Assembly (NCBI GenBank): GCA_964016885.1
Contig: OZ024744.1
Span: 26,474,001 to 26,538,000 of the forward strand
Source: Eledone cirrhosa
Taxonomy: Eukaryota
Length of the DNA stretch: 64,000 nucleotides
Direction: 5' to 3'
Positions 1 through 11,631 of this stretch are shown here, one piece after another. Under the pieces are notes generated by a model that saw only the letters and a program-made list of their open reading frames with translations, searched no databases and was not told where the DNA came from. The number at the start of each line of letters is the position of its first letter. The stretch's first letter is position 1. The position numbers and the translations under genes are program-made.

Positions 1-1505
1 ATATCGTTATGTATATGATAGTAAAAAAATTTCATTCCTTTTTGTAAACATTTGTAACGAAATATTAACGTTTATAAACTTTAATTACTTAAACTATAGC
101 TAATATTATACTGCCTTATTGGATAATTTAAATATTTTTAATATTAATTTATCAAATAGGGTTTTCTAGTCATTTACAGGGGTTGTTTTCTTAGTTTTTA
201 CTTAACTACTTAACTGCATGTGTGACCTAAATGTATACGTTTGTTTTTGTTTTTTAATTTCCGGTTTATTCTATTTATTTATTTTATTCTATATTTTATA
301 TTTTATATTTTATTTGTAATACTACTGTGCATTATATTTACTGTTTGGCACTTACTCACTCATCCATATACATGTCTGTCTACCAACCTTGTAATTATAA
401 GTAATTATATATTATATTATGTTAATTTATTTTATATAATATATTATATTATATTTTTTATTGTAATATTGATCCTTATTACTTACCGTTAATTATATGT
501 AACATTATGATATGTTAAACTTTATATATCATGTAAGATGTTTGTATTTTTTGTACCATCAAACTTTTTTTGGGGTATTGTGCAATTTATTTTTCCTCAC
601 CTACTCTGTAACCCAGTATGAATTCATTTGTTAACTTGAGTACCATTATATATTGTTTATTATAAATGTTAGTATATTGTATATTATAAATGTTAGTATA
701 TTATTATTATATTATTATTGTGACATCTATATTGTTTGTGTAAATTAACCGGAGATTATCTATTCTATTATATTGTATTATATAGTATATAATTGTGTTG
801 TTTATTATTTATTATATGTGCTACTTATAATTATATCATATTATTACCTCATGTATATTGGGTAGATGTATTAGTATTATTATTATTATTATTTTCATTC
901 CTATCATGCTTATTCTTATATTCAAACTCTTAATAAGGTTTAATTTGTGCAGTTGAAGATGGATGTGTGTATTGTTGTATGTGTATGTGTGTGTACGTGT
1001 GCGCACATATATACATATGCATATTGTACCTTTTGATTTTTATTGTAATTTTAATGTTGGTAACGGTATATTATATTATATTACATTGTATTATATATAA
1101 TTCCTGCTCTATATAACCACCTTTGTTTAGCTCTAGGTTTTTTTGCTTTGGACTATATTTGTAATATGGTTCTTAATGTTATATACATCCTTAGTAATTT
1201 TTATTATATATTTTTATTATTTTTATTATATATTTTTGCAATACTTTAGTGTATGTACACTCCATATTCTTCGGAGCTTCCGGCTTGTATCTGCCGATAT
1301 TACTTCTTGTTGTTTTAATTGCCCTGCTGAGTCCTTAATAGGACGAAACATTGTCGGCTAATAAAGACTTTTGATGTATTGAAGGCTTCTTTGTTTTACT
1401 CTCTTAATTTTTCGGCTCTGTTTAACTACATTGAGCTATACGTTTTACTGTCATTTCTATAATACGAAGAGGGTGTTTAACTCCAACACGCTCCAGTATT
1501 TTAAC

Positions 1506-1509
<4 letters not shown>
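1..1509 (+). mobile_element. 3' UTR/pseudo-LTR end of a Penelope-like element (ORF outside window)
   Basis: Very AT-rich non-coding tract ending in an HHR motif (1321-1359) plus AATAAA, then joining (TA)n at 1509; same layout as the PLE 3' ends elsewhere in the window. Confidence 0.55.
1321..1359 (+). ncRNA. Minimal type-I hammerhead ribozyme (A6->C variant)
   Basis: GCC-CTGCTGA-GTCC(TTAATA)GGAC-GAAA-CATTG-TC-GGC; stems I and II pair, GUC triplet, AATAAA follows. Confidence 0.75.
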
Positions 1510-1547
<38 letters not shown>

Positions 1548-1816
1548 ATGTCCAGTGTGCTATATATATATATATATGTCCAGTGTGCTATATATACATA
1601 TATGCCCAGCGTGCTATATATATATGTCCAGTGTGATATATATATATAATTAGTACATCTACCAACATATGCGTACAGATGTACACTAATGCTAGCAAAT
1701 ATATAAGTTATGTCAAAGTACCTAGGTGGTTCTATGCAGGGGGATTCAGAACTATTATATGAAAGACGTAAAATAAGAAAATTTTAAAAATTAAAAATTA
1801 ACTTACTAAAATGTTC

Positions 1817-1898
1817 ACTCCAACTAATTAGTTTCTGTAATGGGATAAATATAGCTACACAATATTACTATCGAGAATTCATTACGTCATCAGGGAGT
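1817..1898 (-). ncRNA. Type-I hammerhead ribozyme with long stem II
   Basis: Minus strand ACTCC-CTGATGA-C-GTAATG...CATTAC-A-GAAA-CTAATTAG-TT-GGAGT; intact core, palindromic stem III. Confidence 0.75.
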
Positions 1899-2184
1899 CT
1901 ATTCTCAGCTAAGTTCCCAGGCAATGCGCGGACACTAGGAACCCATATAAAAATAATAATTCAGTGGATGGAATAAGCTAGCGAGGACTAAATTCCAGAG
2001 CAATGAAAAAGTTCACTGCTTCTGGTCAGTGGCAGATTCTAAAGAATCAATCACGTGACCAGAAGCAGTGAACTTTTTCAGTGCTCTGGAATGTAATCCT
2101 CGCTAGCTTATTCCATCCACTGAATTATTATTTTATATGGGTTCCTAGTGTCCGCGCATTGCCTGGGAATTTAGCTGAGAATAG

Positions 2185-2266
2185 ACTCCCTGATGACGTA
2201 ATGAATTCTCGATAGTTATATTGTTTAACTATATTTATCCCATTACAGAAGCTAATTAGTTGCAGT
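2185..2266 (+). ncRNA. Degenerate hammerhead (mirror copy of 1817-1898)
   Basis: Same motif but GAAA->GAAG and stem I GGAGT->GCAGT. Confidence 0.55.
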
Positions 2267-2539
2267 GAAAATTTTAGTAAGTAAGTTAATTTTTAATTTT
2301 TTAAATTTTCTTATTTTACGTCTTTCATATATATATATATATATATATGTCCAGTGTGCTAAATATATATATATGATCATGCCTTTATTTTTAAATTTAT
2401 CTCATTCCTTGTATTTTGATCATGCTTTATTTTTATTTTTATCTTTATTTTTTATTTTTTCATTCGCACCGTTTCCTTTCGCTATATGTCTCTCCACCAC
2501 TCCCCTACACACCCTTTGAACTCTGTTCCCACACACTTC

Positions 2540-2605
2540 TCACCTGAGGAAGGGCTTATGCCCGAAACATCGTCCCCCACCAACACCCCACTCTCCAGAG
2601 CGTGA
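2540..2605 (+). ncRNA. Hammerhead-like motif in a short PLE 3'-end fragment (~2375-2665)
   Basis: TCAC-CTGAGGA-A-GGGC(TTAT)GCCC-GAAAC-ATC-GTC; stem-I partner GTGA lies 28 nt downstream, then AATAAA and (TA)n. Confidence 0.6.
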
Positions 2606-2752
2606 AATTAATAAACATTCGTTGTACTGCCTCTCTGTTTTGTCCCTGTTGAAATTTTTCCATTATATATATATATATATGGGTGTGTCCAGTGTGCTAT
2701 ATATAATGCATATGTCCAGTGTACTATATATATATATATATGGCCAGTGTGC

Positions 2753-2785
<33 letters not shown>

Positions 2786-2792
2786 AGTGAGC

Positions 2793-2825
<33 letters not shown>

Positions 2826-2951
2826 CCAGTGTGCTATATATATATATATATGTGTGTGTCCAGCGTGCTATATATATACATATATATGTCCAGTGTGCTA
2901 TATATATATGTATATATCCAGTGTTCTATATATATATATATATATATATAT

Positions 2952-5919
2952 CAAAATAACTGGAAAAAAACATTCGAGCTATCACCCAGCACCACCCTCC
3001 ACTATCACCCCACTGCACAAACTCCCATTGCTGCCATTAACAAACAAACAAATTAACAACACACCAAAACAATTAAAACCATCCACTCTCGCCTCAACAT
3101 TTTTGCTTAACGTCCAAGGCATCAGACCTTCCACCAATACTCAAAAATGGAAGGTCAAATTCCTGGAGGACTGGGTTGATGTCCATCCAAACCACATCCC
3201 TTTCTTCATCCTCACTGAAACCCATCTCAGTAACCTCCACTTGGAAGCCGAGGTGAAAGTGAAAAATTTCAAAGCCATCCGTGCTGATCCATCTGGCTGA
3301 AGAAAGGGTGGGACTGCCATTTATGTCCACAATTCTTTCTCAACAGAGGCTATGAACATATTTTCTAATGGATACTGCGAAGCAATCACTGTATTCAGGC
3401 AAACCAACAACCTAATGGTAGTTGGGCTCTATAGGCCACCCCAAACGCCTCTACCATGCTTCAAGGAATGCCTCAACAGCATAAAGTGTTTCATCCAAGA
3501 GTGTCACCCTGACAATATCTTAATGATGAGAGACTTCAACCTCCCCGGAGTTGACTGGTCCACAAACAGCCTGCCATTAGGTTCTTCTGCCTCAACCTCT
3601 GACAGGGAAGCAGTGGAATCGCTTCTTGACTTCATGGATGATTTCTTCCTGTCCCAACTGGTGCTCGAACCAACGAGGTGCCACAAAAACATCCAGGACT
3701 TAATTTTCAGCATTCACACTGACACTATCCACAATATTGCAGTGGAGAAAACTCTACTCTCTGATCATGACATGGTTCTCTGTGATCTGAGATTCCACCG
3801 TCCAATATACAAACACAATGTCATCTCTCCTGTCCATCCGTTTGACGCTATGGATTTTCACAATGCAAACTGGGAAGCGATCAGTCATTATCTTGCACAT
3901 GTTGACTGTTCCTTCACGCACACTCACACACACACTAACATCAAAAAGTCCTGGCAGACATTTGTGGAGACTGTTACAAACATATGTGCAAAACACACCC
4001 CATTAAGAACTATAAACAAATCTAAGAGCAGAATCCCTAGAAATAGAAAAACGCTCATCAGGAAAATTAAGAGAACTAACAAAAAAATCAACAAGCTGAA
4101 ATACCGTCAGCAGCAACACATCAACTTGACTGCCATTTCATCACTAGAGATTAAAAAACATAACCTCCAAAACAATATGATGTCTATCATCAACAATCAG
4201 AGAAGCGCTGAAGAGGCCTGGGCCATTAAGAAGATCAAACTCAATCCCAAAGTGTTCTTTTCATTTGCAAAAATACACAAAATCACTGGCTCTACTGTTT
4301 GCCCTCTAATTGATGAAAATGGCACTCTTCAAAACAATGCTAAAACCATGCTTGAGATACTGCAGAAACAATACTGCTGTTTTCAGCAATCCTGATATGG
4401 CCGATCTGGGCTGTATCGGCGATGTTACTCCCCATGACACCTTATCGGACATAACGTTTGGCGCCCCTGATGTCTTAGCGGCAATAAAGGAAATCAAGCA
4501 TAATTCAGCAGTAGGTCCCGATAGGTTCCCTGCTTGTGTCTTGAAGGCGTGTCAACACCAACTTGCATCTCCTCTTGCCAATCTGTGGCGGAACTCACGG
4601 GATGCTGGATATGTGCTAGAAAACCTTCTATCCCACTCTGTTGTCCCAGTTTTCAAAAAAGGAAACAAATCCCTTGCCGTGAATTACCGTCCAATCTCAC
4701 TCACCTCTCATATCATTAAGGTATTTGAGAGAGTGGTGAGATGGCGATTGACCCACTTCCTTGAGAGTAACAATATGCTGAACTCCAACCAGCATGGATT
4801 CCGTAATGGAAGGGATTGCCTGACGCAGCTACTGCTTCACTTTGATGACATTATGAGAGCCTTGGGAGAGGGTTCCAACACTGATGTTACCTACCTTGAT
4901 TTCAGCAAGGCCTTTGACAGGGTTGATCACAACATTCTACTGAGAAAGCTGTCCAATATTGGTGTCACTGAAAAGCTGCTGCAGTGGATCAAGAGCCTCC
5001 TGTCAAACAGAACCCAACATGTTGTAGTTGAAGGAGTCAAATCCAGCCCAGCCAAAGTCAGTAGTGGGGTCCCACAAGGCACTGTGTTGGGCCCACTTCT
5101 CTTCATCATCTATGTTAATGACATCACTGACATCATCAAACACAGCAACATTAGAATTTTCGCTGATGATTCCAAGCTCCAAAAGGCCATCAATGGCATG
5201 GATGACCGGATAAGTCTTCAGTTAGACCTACTGGCTGTTACCTCCTGGATCCTCAGAACCTTCCAGTCGAGAGATTCCCACACCATTATCCATCTCTTCT
5301 CTACTTTTACCCGACCACACCTTGAATACTGTTGTCCACTCTGGTCTCCCCACACGAAACAAAGTATCATGAAACTTGAAGCTCCCCAAAGGGCAATCAC
5401 GAAAAAGATAGATGGCATGCGAGACATTGACTACTGTGGTCGACTAGAAAAGCTGAAACTTTACTCACTCCAACGTCGCTGTGAGCGTTATATTATCTGC
5501 ATGATGTGGAAAATGTTTCATCAGCACTGCCCAAATAATGTTGGCATCACCTTCAAAATACACCCAAGACTTAGGCCCCGTGCTATCCGTCCCAAACAAA
5601 AATCTAAATCGCAACTCATAACAACAATACGGCACAATTATTTCACCTCAATTGGCCCTGCTCTCTTCAATATCACATCAGGACACGTCAAAACAGAAAC
5701 TGACCACACAAAATTCAAGAAGTCTTTGGACAAATTCCTCCAAGTAATCCCGGACAAACCACCCACACCCGGATATGTCTCCGCTAACAGTAATTCTCTT
5801 CTCGAATGGGCCATGGTGCCCAAATCCTGAATTGAAAGACTTCGCCAGGTGGTGCTATTAAGTTAGACATGGCCTGGGCCAATACTGGCCAAAACATTTC
5901 AAAGTTATTCAAAGTTATA
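2952..5919 (+). mobile_element. CR1-group LINE copy 1 (APE endonuclease + RT), disrupted
   Basis: APE motifs (NVQG, TETHL, YRPP, DFNLP, SDH) and RT motifs (YRPISL, QHGF, DFSKAFD, GVPQG, FADD). Stop at 3298, frameshift near 4378, 216-bp in-frame deletion near 5242. Tail TTCAAAGTTATTCAAAGTTAT runs into (TA)n. Confidence 0.9.
3352..5830 (+). pseudogene. LINE ORF2 (APE-RT), split over ORFs 3352-4395 and 4310-5830
   Basis: Collinear with the better preserved copy at 15320-18105. Confidence 0.88.
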
Positions 5920-5971
5920 TATACATGTCCAGTGTGCTATATATATGTGTATATGTCCAGTGTACTATATA

Positions 5972-6003
<32 letters not shown>

Positions 6004-6052
6004 AATGCCCAGTGTGCTTTATGTATATATATATATGAATATGTACAGTGTG

Positions 6053-6202
<150 letters not shown>

Positions 6203-6225
6203 GCTTATATATATATATCTATATG

Positions 6226-6314
<89 letters not shown>

Positions 6315-6394
6315 AGTGTGCTATACATATATATATATATATATACATATATATATGTCCAGTGTGCTAAATATATATGTATATGTCCAGTGTG

Positions 6395-6424
<30 letters not shown>

Positions 6425-6429
<5 letters not shown>

Positions 6430-7320
6430 ATACATTAACAGAGAGAAAGCTTTAAGTAATACTCCGACCGACTTCCGTCTCACTCAATAAACATTAGTAT
6501 ATACCTTAGTATAATCCCAATTATACTTTTGGTGTGCTAACTATACGTATTTTGCGGATAACCAGTTGTATTAATTTATATGAGACATAATAAAATACAT
6601 CTCTCTGTCCAAACGATCGTTTCATTATGAGTTTTCTACAAATTTGGAAAATAAAGTCCGAAGGAATATATGTAGGTGGGCACTTATAAATCATCATTGG
6701 ATGCCCGACAAATATCGATAAAAAAACCTTACCGATAATAATGTTCAGCGATGGTACCCCTCCGTGCCAGAATGACCGCCAAATTTGAAATACCAGCAGT
6801 CTCATAATGAGAAATCTCACACTGCCATCAAGCGGAAAGGGGAGGTCATCGCGAAACATAAAAAAATAAATTAATAAGCACGCGGGTCAATTAATTCTTT
6901 CAATAATTTTAACCATGCGTGAAGAACTCAATTGGATATAAAAAAATAAATATATGCATGTATTATTTATACACGCACAAGGTATTTTCTTAAGCTAAAA
7001 ACAGAGATAAGATACCGGAAGGACAATCAATATTTCATACAAAGAATAAATACGGAAAGTCATACCTAAAAAGTACCTGGAAATATTCATTTCTGGCCAA
7101 ATCAAGAGTATAATATTTAATACATTAACAGAGAAAGCGTTAAGCTATACTCCGACCGGCTTCCGTCTCACTCAACAAACATTAGGATATACCTTAGTAT
7201 AATCCCGATTATAAGTTTGGGGTGCTAACTATACGTATTTTGCGGAGAGCCAGTTGTATTATTTTATATGAGACATAATTAAAACGATTGTTTCATTATA
7301 AGTTTTCTACAAATTGGAAC
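6425..7320 (-). mobile_element. Terminally redundant ~690-bp non-coding unit with a degenerate HHR
   Basis: 6425-6650 recurs in diverged form at 7115-7320; flanked by (TA)n; HHR-like motif at 6608-6701. Confidence 0.6.
6608..6701 (-). ncRNA. Degenerate hammerhead (C3->A) with large stem-II insert
   Basis: Minus strand TCCA-ATGATGA-TTTATAAGT...ACTCATAAT-GAAA-CGATCG-TT-TGGA. Confidence 0.5.
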
Positions 7321-7365
7321 AATATTGTCCAGGTTATGTAGAAGCCTACACATAGTCCGTAGGAA

Positions 7366-7484
<119 letters not shown>

Positions 7485-7497
7485 GTGTGTCCAGTGT

Positions 7498-7544
<47 letters not shown>

Positions 7545-7577
7545 AGTGTGCTATATATATATATATATATATATATA

Positions 7578-7858
7578 TCTTATATATAAAGTGAAGTTGG
7601 GCGTTGTTTGATGTACCGAACTTGCATGCTACACCGTTCATCCAATTTTCATGAAACCTAACACATATATAAAACTCAACGCGTAGAGTGGAATAGGCTA
7701 CTTGAAAATTTCGAAAAATCGATAATCGGGACCCCGAAGCCAAATATCGATATTTTCAAAAATCGATGAAACTCAACGCAAGTGTGTATTTTGATCCGGG
7801 GATAAACGTGCGCTACATTAAATTTTCGAAAAATCGATAATTGGATCCCCAGAGGCAT
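7578..7858 (+). mobile_element. Probable 5' fragment of a non-autonomous Helitron-like element
   Basis: Starts A|TC TTATATATAAAG; ...CCAATTTTCATGAAA...ATAGGCTAC style resembles invertebrate Helitron 5' ends; internal ~113-bp repeat; no 3' CTRR seen. Confidence 0.4.
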
Positions 7859-7886
7859 ATATACGCTTATTATATATATATATATA

Positions 7887-8371
7887 ATCAGTTTAGCGGA
7901 CGCTTATTATAACGCTTATTATATATATATATATATATGCATGCTACTGTACGTCTGTATACATATATGTATGTACGTATACACACATACTTACATTTAA
8001 GTAAGTGCCGTACTAAGAGTGAGAAATGAAATTTCGTTTTCATTTTATTTCAACTTATCGTTTTCGGTATGCCTGGCCGACTTGACTCACTCGATATGCA
8101 AATTAGGCTGCTCAGCCGTTGATTTTCATAAGGAGGGTATATACTTTCGAACGTTCAACTATCTGGCAGAAGGGTATACGGTGCTGATGATAGCTAACAA
8201 GCTTGAAACTAGTACATCGTTCCTGTGTCAGTGTAGAACAAAAAGGTGACGTGGTTGCCTTAACACCGTACGGCATACAATTCAGGCTTTTCAGTTTGTT
8301 TACAAACGAACGAAGCGGCGTTATAATAAGCGTCCGCTAAACTGATACGTGCATATATGTATGTGTACCTG

Positions 8372-8457
<86 letters not shown>

Positions 8458-8569
8458 TGCTACTGTACGTCTGTATACATATATGTATGTACGTATACAC
8501 ACATACTTACATTTAAGTAAGTGCCGAACTAAGAGTGAGAAATGAAATTTCGTTTTCATTTTATTTCAA

Positions 8570-8574
<5 letters not shown>
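7887..8574 (+). mobile_element. Retrozyme-like non-coding unit (516-bp period, 120-bp terminal redundancy, short inverted 5' piece)
   Basis: 7939-8058 equals 8455-8574 (1 mismatch seen); 7887-7915 is the reverse complement of 8318-8346; internal HHR; (TA)n on both sides. Confidence 0.7.
8163..8231 (+). ncRNA. Type-I hammerhead ribozyme with extended stem I
   Basis: ACGGTG-CTGATGA-T-AGCT(AACA)AGCT-T-GAAA-CTAG-TA-CATCGT (8178-8220), with outer helix CTGGCA/TGTCAG beyond an internal loop. Confidence 0.88.
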
Positions 8575-8650
<76 letters not shown>

Positions 8651-8667
8651 TAAAATAACAGATTAAA

Positions 8668-8716
8668 GTTTAAGCAAAGAATCGCTGCTTTCACCCTTAA
8701 CGGGATCTTCTGAAAC
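8668..8716 (-). ncRNA. Degenerate hammerhead (U4->A) at the PLE 3' end
   Basis: Minus strand GTTT-CAGAAGA-T-CCC(GTTAA)GGG-T-GAAA-GCA...TGC-TT-AAAC. Confidence 0.55.
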
Positions 8717-9645
8717 TAACAAAGTCAATCTGTAAACGCAGAACTGGATATTTCAAAAAACGTTGCAACCGGAGGAAGACAGGAAGACGATACTTTGGTT
8801 CGTGGAAACGTTCGCTGGCAAAGAACGGGAAAAAACGAATAATACGTCATTAATAGGAGCGGTGAAAAACAATTACGCGCAAAGACAGAACCACGTTTAT
8901 GGTATAAAAGAGGTCGTAGACTAATGTTCTCTTAGGTGGTGCATAGAGACGTTCTCTGGCAATGAACGAAAAAACGAAGATAATAAGTCATATGTGGAGC
9001 GAGGAGAACAATAGCACGCAAAGACAAAACCACGTAAATGGTATAGCAGAAGTTGTAGACTAAAATTCTAACTAGGAGACAAAATGAATCTCCGCTACAG
9101 AGTTAAGAACAAAGTAAATAAATACAATACAGAAGTAATAGAAACAAATAAATACATACACGCAAACAGATACGTACATACACTAGCATACGCAAAACCT
9201 TACCATAGGTATACAAAACCACGCACATATAAATATGTGTGTGTGTGTATGCTTGTGTACAAATAAATAAATAATTATATAAACGTATATAAGTAAATAA
9301 ATACGTATATAACAAGCGCACACACATACCTACAAATAAATACACGAATGTTCGGAGACGTAAGTCAACTAAAACAAGAAGTACACATATACACACACCC
9401 ACCATACGTACGATACTGCATACTCACGCAGACGCCAAACTCCCGTATACACATAGCCAAACCCTAAATACCAGAATATGTAAAAATTATACGCCATAAC
9501 AGTCAAATATACGTACGAGAAGGTATACATACCTTCACAAAACATACGGGTAATATATACTTACCTATGCAAACAAGTAACGGAATAAACAAAACATATA
9601 CTTAGCTCCCACATCAAGACGTAAAATATCCACGTATAGATCGTG

Positions 9646-10296
9646 CTATCCGTTAGGGTATAACGTGGGGCTGTAATACAGGAAAGTTTTGTGCAATTTA
9701 TGTTTAGAAGCCGAAATTGCCTCAGATTTTTTGTTTAAAATGTGGTCTGTGGCATAGAGTATTTCCAGGGCCTCAGCGGCGCAGAGGTCACATGGTCTTT
9801 TATTTCCGTTATACGATCTAGTCCTAGCTAGGATCTCCCAGTGTAACTTATATTGGGTGTGGTTGTCTTTTAGACTCCAGATATGAGCTGAAAGTGACGT
9901 CATATTCCTTCTTGGAGGGTAACGAAAAGAATGGGTATGCATGTAAAGACGCTGCTTGAAACTATTGGCGGTTAACCCTATGTAGCCCCTACGGGACGTG
10001 GGTGTTACAACCTTACATTTGTAGACAATGTTACTAGAGAGGCATTTCCCGGATAGGGGGCAATCAGCCCGATTCCTACAATTACAGTTAGTACTAACTA
10101 CAAGGTTGCACGTGTTCCTACGGCTAGGTAGTTTAGCTAAATTTGAAGCTGTGATGTTATGTGCAAGGTTAGGAGTCGTAGAGTAAGAAATTTTAATAGT
10201 ATTTCTATTAAAAATTTTACTATATTTATGTGTAGGGGGAAAATGCTTCGTAATAAGGGAAAGAAAGATCTTAGCTAATGGTGTGGTCACCTCCAT
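9646..10296 (-). CDS. PLE C-terminal fragment: Cys-rich linker + GIY-YIG endonuclease
   Basis: KIFNRNTIKISYS, CNCRNRADCPLSGKC, VY..YIG, FKQR, CDLC..E. Confidence 0.85.
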   Translation of the reverse strand: MEVTTPLAKIFLSLITKHFPPTHKYSKIFNRNTIKISYSTTPNLAHNITASNLAKLPSRRNTCNLVVSTNCNCRNRADCPLSGKCLSSNIVYKCKVVTPTSRRGYIGLTANSFKQRLYMHTHSFRYPPRRNMTSLSAHIWSLKDNHTQYKLHWEILARTRSYNGNKRPCDLCAAEALEILYATDHILNKKSEAISASKHKLHKTFLYYSPTLYPNG

Positions 10297-10421
10297 ATTA
10301 TATGGTGGGTTAAACCAAAAAATGCGACGGGATCTATTTCTTATTTCTTCTAGGTCTATTTTCGTACTCTGTATATGCTACCTTATCGACAAATCCACTT
10401 CGAGCAAGAGCTTCATTGTAA

Positions 10422-10493
<72 letters not shown>

Positions 10494-10503
10494 TATTCCT
10501 GTG

Positions 10504-10537
<34 letters not shown>

Positions 10538-10783
10538 GTATATGTCCAATGTGCTATATATATATATGTCCAGTGTGCTATAAATATATGTATATGTATA
10601 TGTCCAGTGTGCTACATATATATATATAGAGAGAGAGATTTTGAGTTTATGTTGGTTGTATACCAACACCTCAGTACGCAGGCTGGAACACTAGATGAAG
10701 TGCGCAGGTTAGTTTGGTTACTCCGGAGTAGTGTAAAATAAAGTTAAATGAAAGTCAATGATTAAAATTTAGCTTCGTTTATT

Positions 10784-10838
10784 ACTGCTATATATATTTC
10801 AGTGACAGCCATCTTTGGCTGTGACCTCTTCAGGCAGT
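10784..10838 (-). ncRNA. Type-I hammerhead ribozyme (intact) in the inverted pLTR
   Basis: Minus strand ACTGC-CTGAAGA-GGTCACAGCC(AAAGAT)GGCTGTCACT-GAAA-TATATA-TA-GCAGT, then AATAAA. Confidence 0.85.
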
Positions 10839-11445
10839 TTGAATTAGTATGGTATAGACAAGTACATATGTTTTTAGGTGTATAATATTGTCAATACTCT
10901 GATATGCCCAGTTCCTTGTTGGGTTGTTAATTCACTGAGGAACTGGAGTCATATGAATTCAAACAAACGAATTTCAGTGTCAAAGGTCCTCTTCTCCTCT
11001 CATTGGTCAGTTATTATAACATTCCTCATTCTAAGTGTTGTTATTGTTGGAGTTAGCTTAAAAATTGATAAAATGGTAGAAGGGACAAGGTGTTAAAGGA
11101 ACAAAATAACAAAAAAAAATGTCAAACTTCCCATTGGTCAGTTCTGAGACCATTCCTCAGTCAGAAGTCTATAGAATTCTTTCTGGGGTGAGGCTCCCTG
11201 TAGTGTTTTTGCCTGCTATTGTTCAGTACATTTGACCTCTACCATTATTTTGGTAGTGTTGTTGGTGTTGTGGTCAGCTTATATCTTGCTGCTGCTAACA
11301 ATTTAGAAGTATCCAGTTTGTGGTTTTTTTCATCCCTCCTGCCACCATCGTAGTGGTGGTGGTGGGGGTGGGGGGGTGGGGTTATTCCATGTATATGAAG
11401 AAATATAAGGCAATAAATGAAGAAAACAGAAAATAAATAAATAAT

Positions 11446-11631
11446 TGTTTCTACTTTAGGCACAAGGCCAGCATTTATCCAGTGCATTACTGGTACTTTA
11501 TTTTATCGACCCCGTAAGGATGAAAGGCAAAGTCAACCTCGACGGGATTTGAACTCAGATCGTAAAGGGACGTAACTATGCTGGAAAGCATGGCGTCCGA
11601 CCCTCTACCGATACTGCCAATCCACCGCCCT
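11446..11631 (-). mobile_element. tRNA-derived SINE (octopod-like) with 17-bp TSD
   Basis: A-box-like TGGCAGTATCGG, B-box GAGTTCAAATCC; TSD GAAAATAAATAAATAAT at 11429-11445 and 11632-11648; absent from the sister pLTR near 14300. Confidence 0.85.

Larger units (their letters stand above)
1761..2326. mobile_element. Non-coding fold-back element: inverted pLTR-like arms, each with an HHR
   Basis: Arms 1761-2028 and 2056-2326 are reverse complements with scattered mismatches; 27-nt spacer; right arm runs into (TA)n. Confidence 0.85.
8647..10415 (-). mobile_element. 5'-truncated Penelope-like element (linker + GIY-YIG + 3' UTR)
   Basis: WFNPPY near 10300, CNCR...CPL..KC, IVYKC..GYIG; 3' end joins (TA)n; ~142-bp tandem duplication at 8805-9075. 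Confidence 0.85.

Noticed and set aside
241-492. Hydrophobic ORFs in AT-rich and (TA)n tracts
   Set aside because: Compositional artefacts
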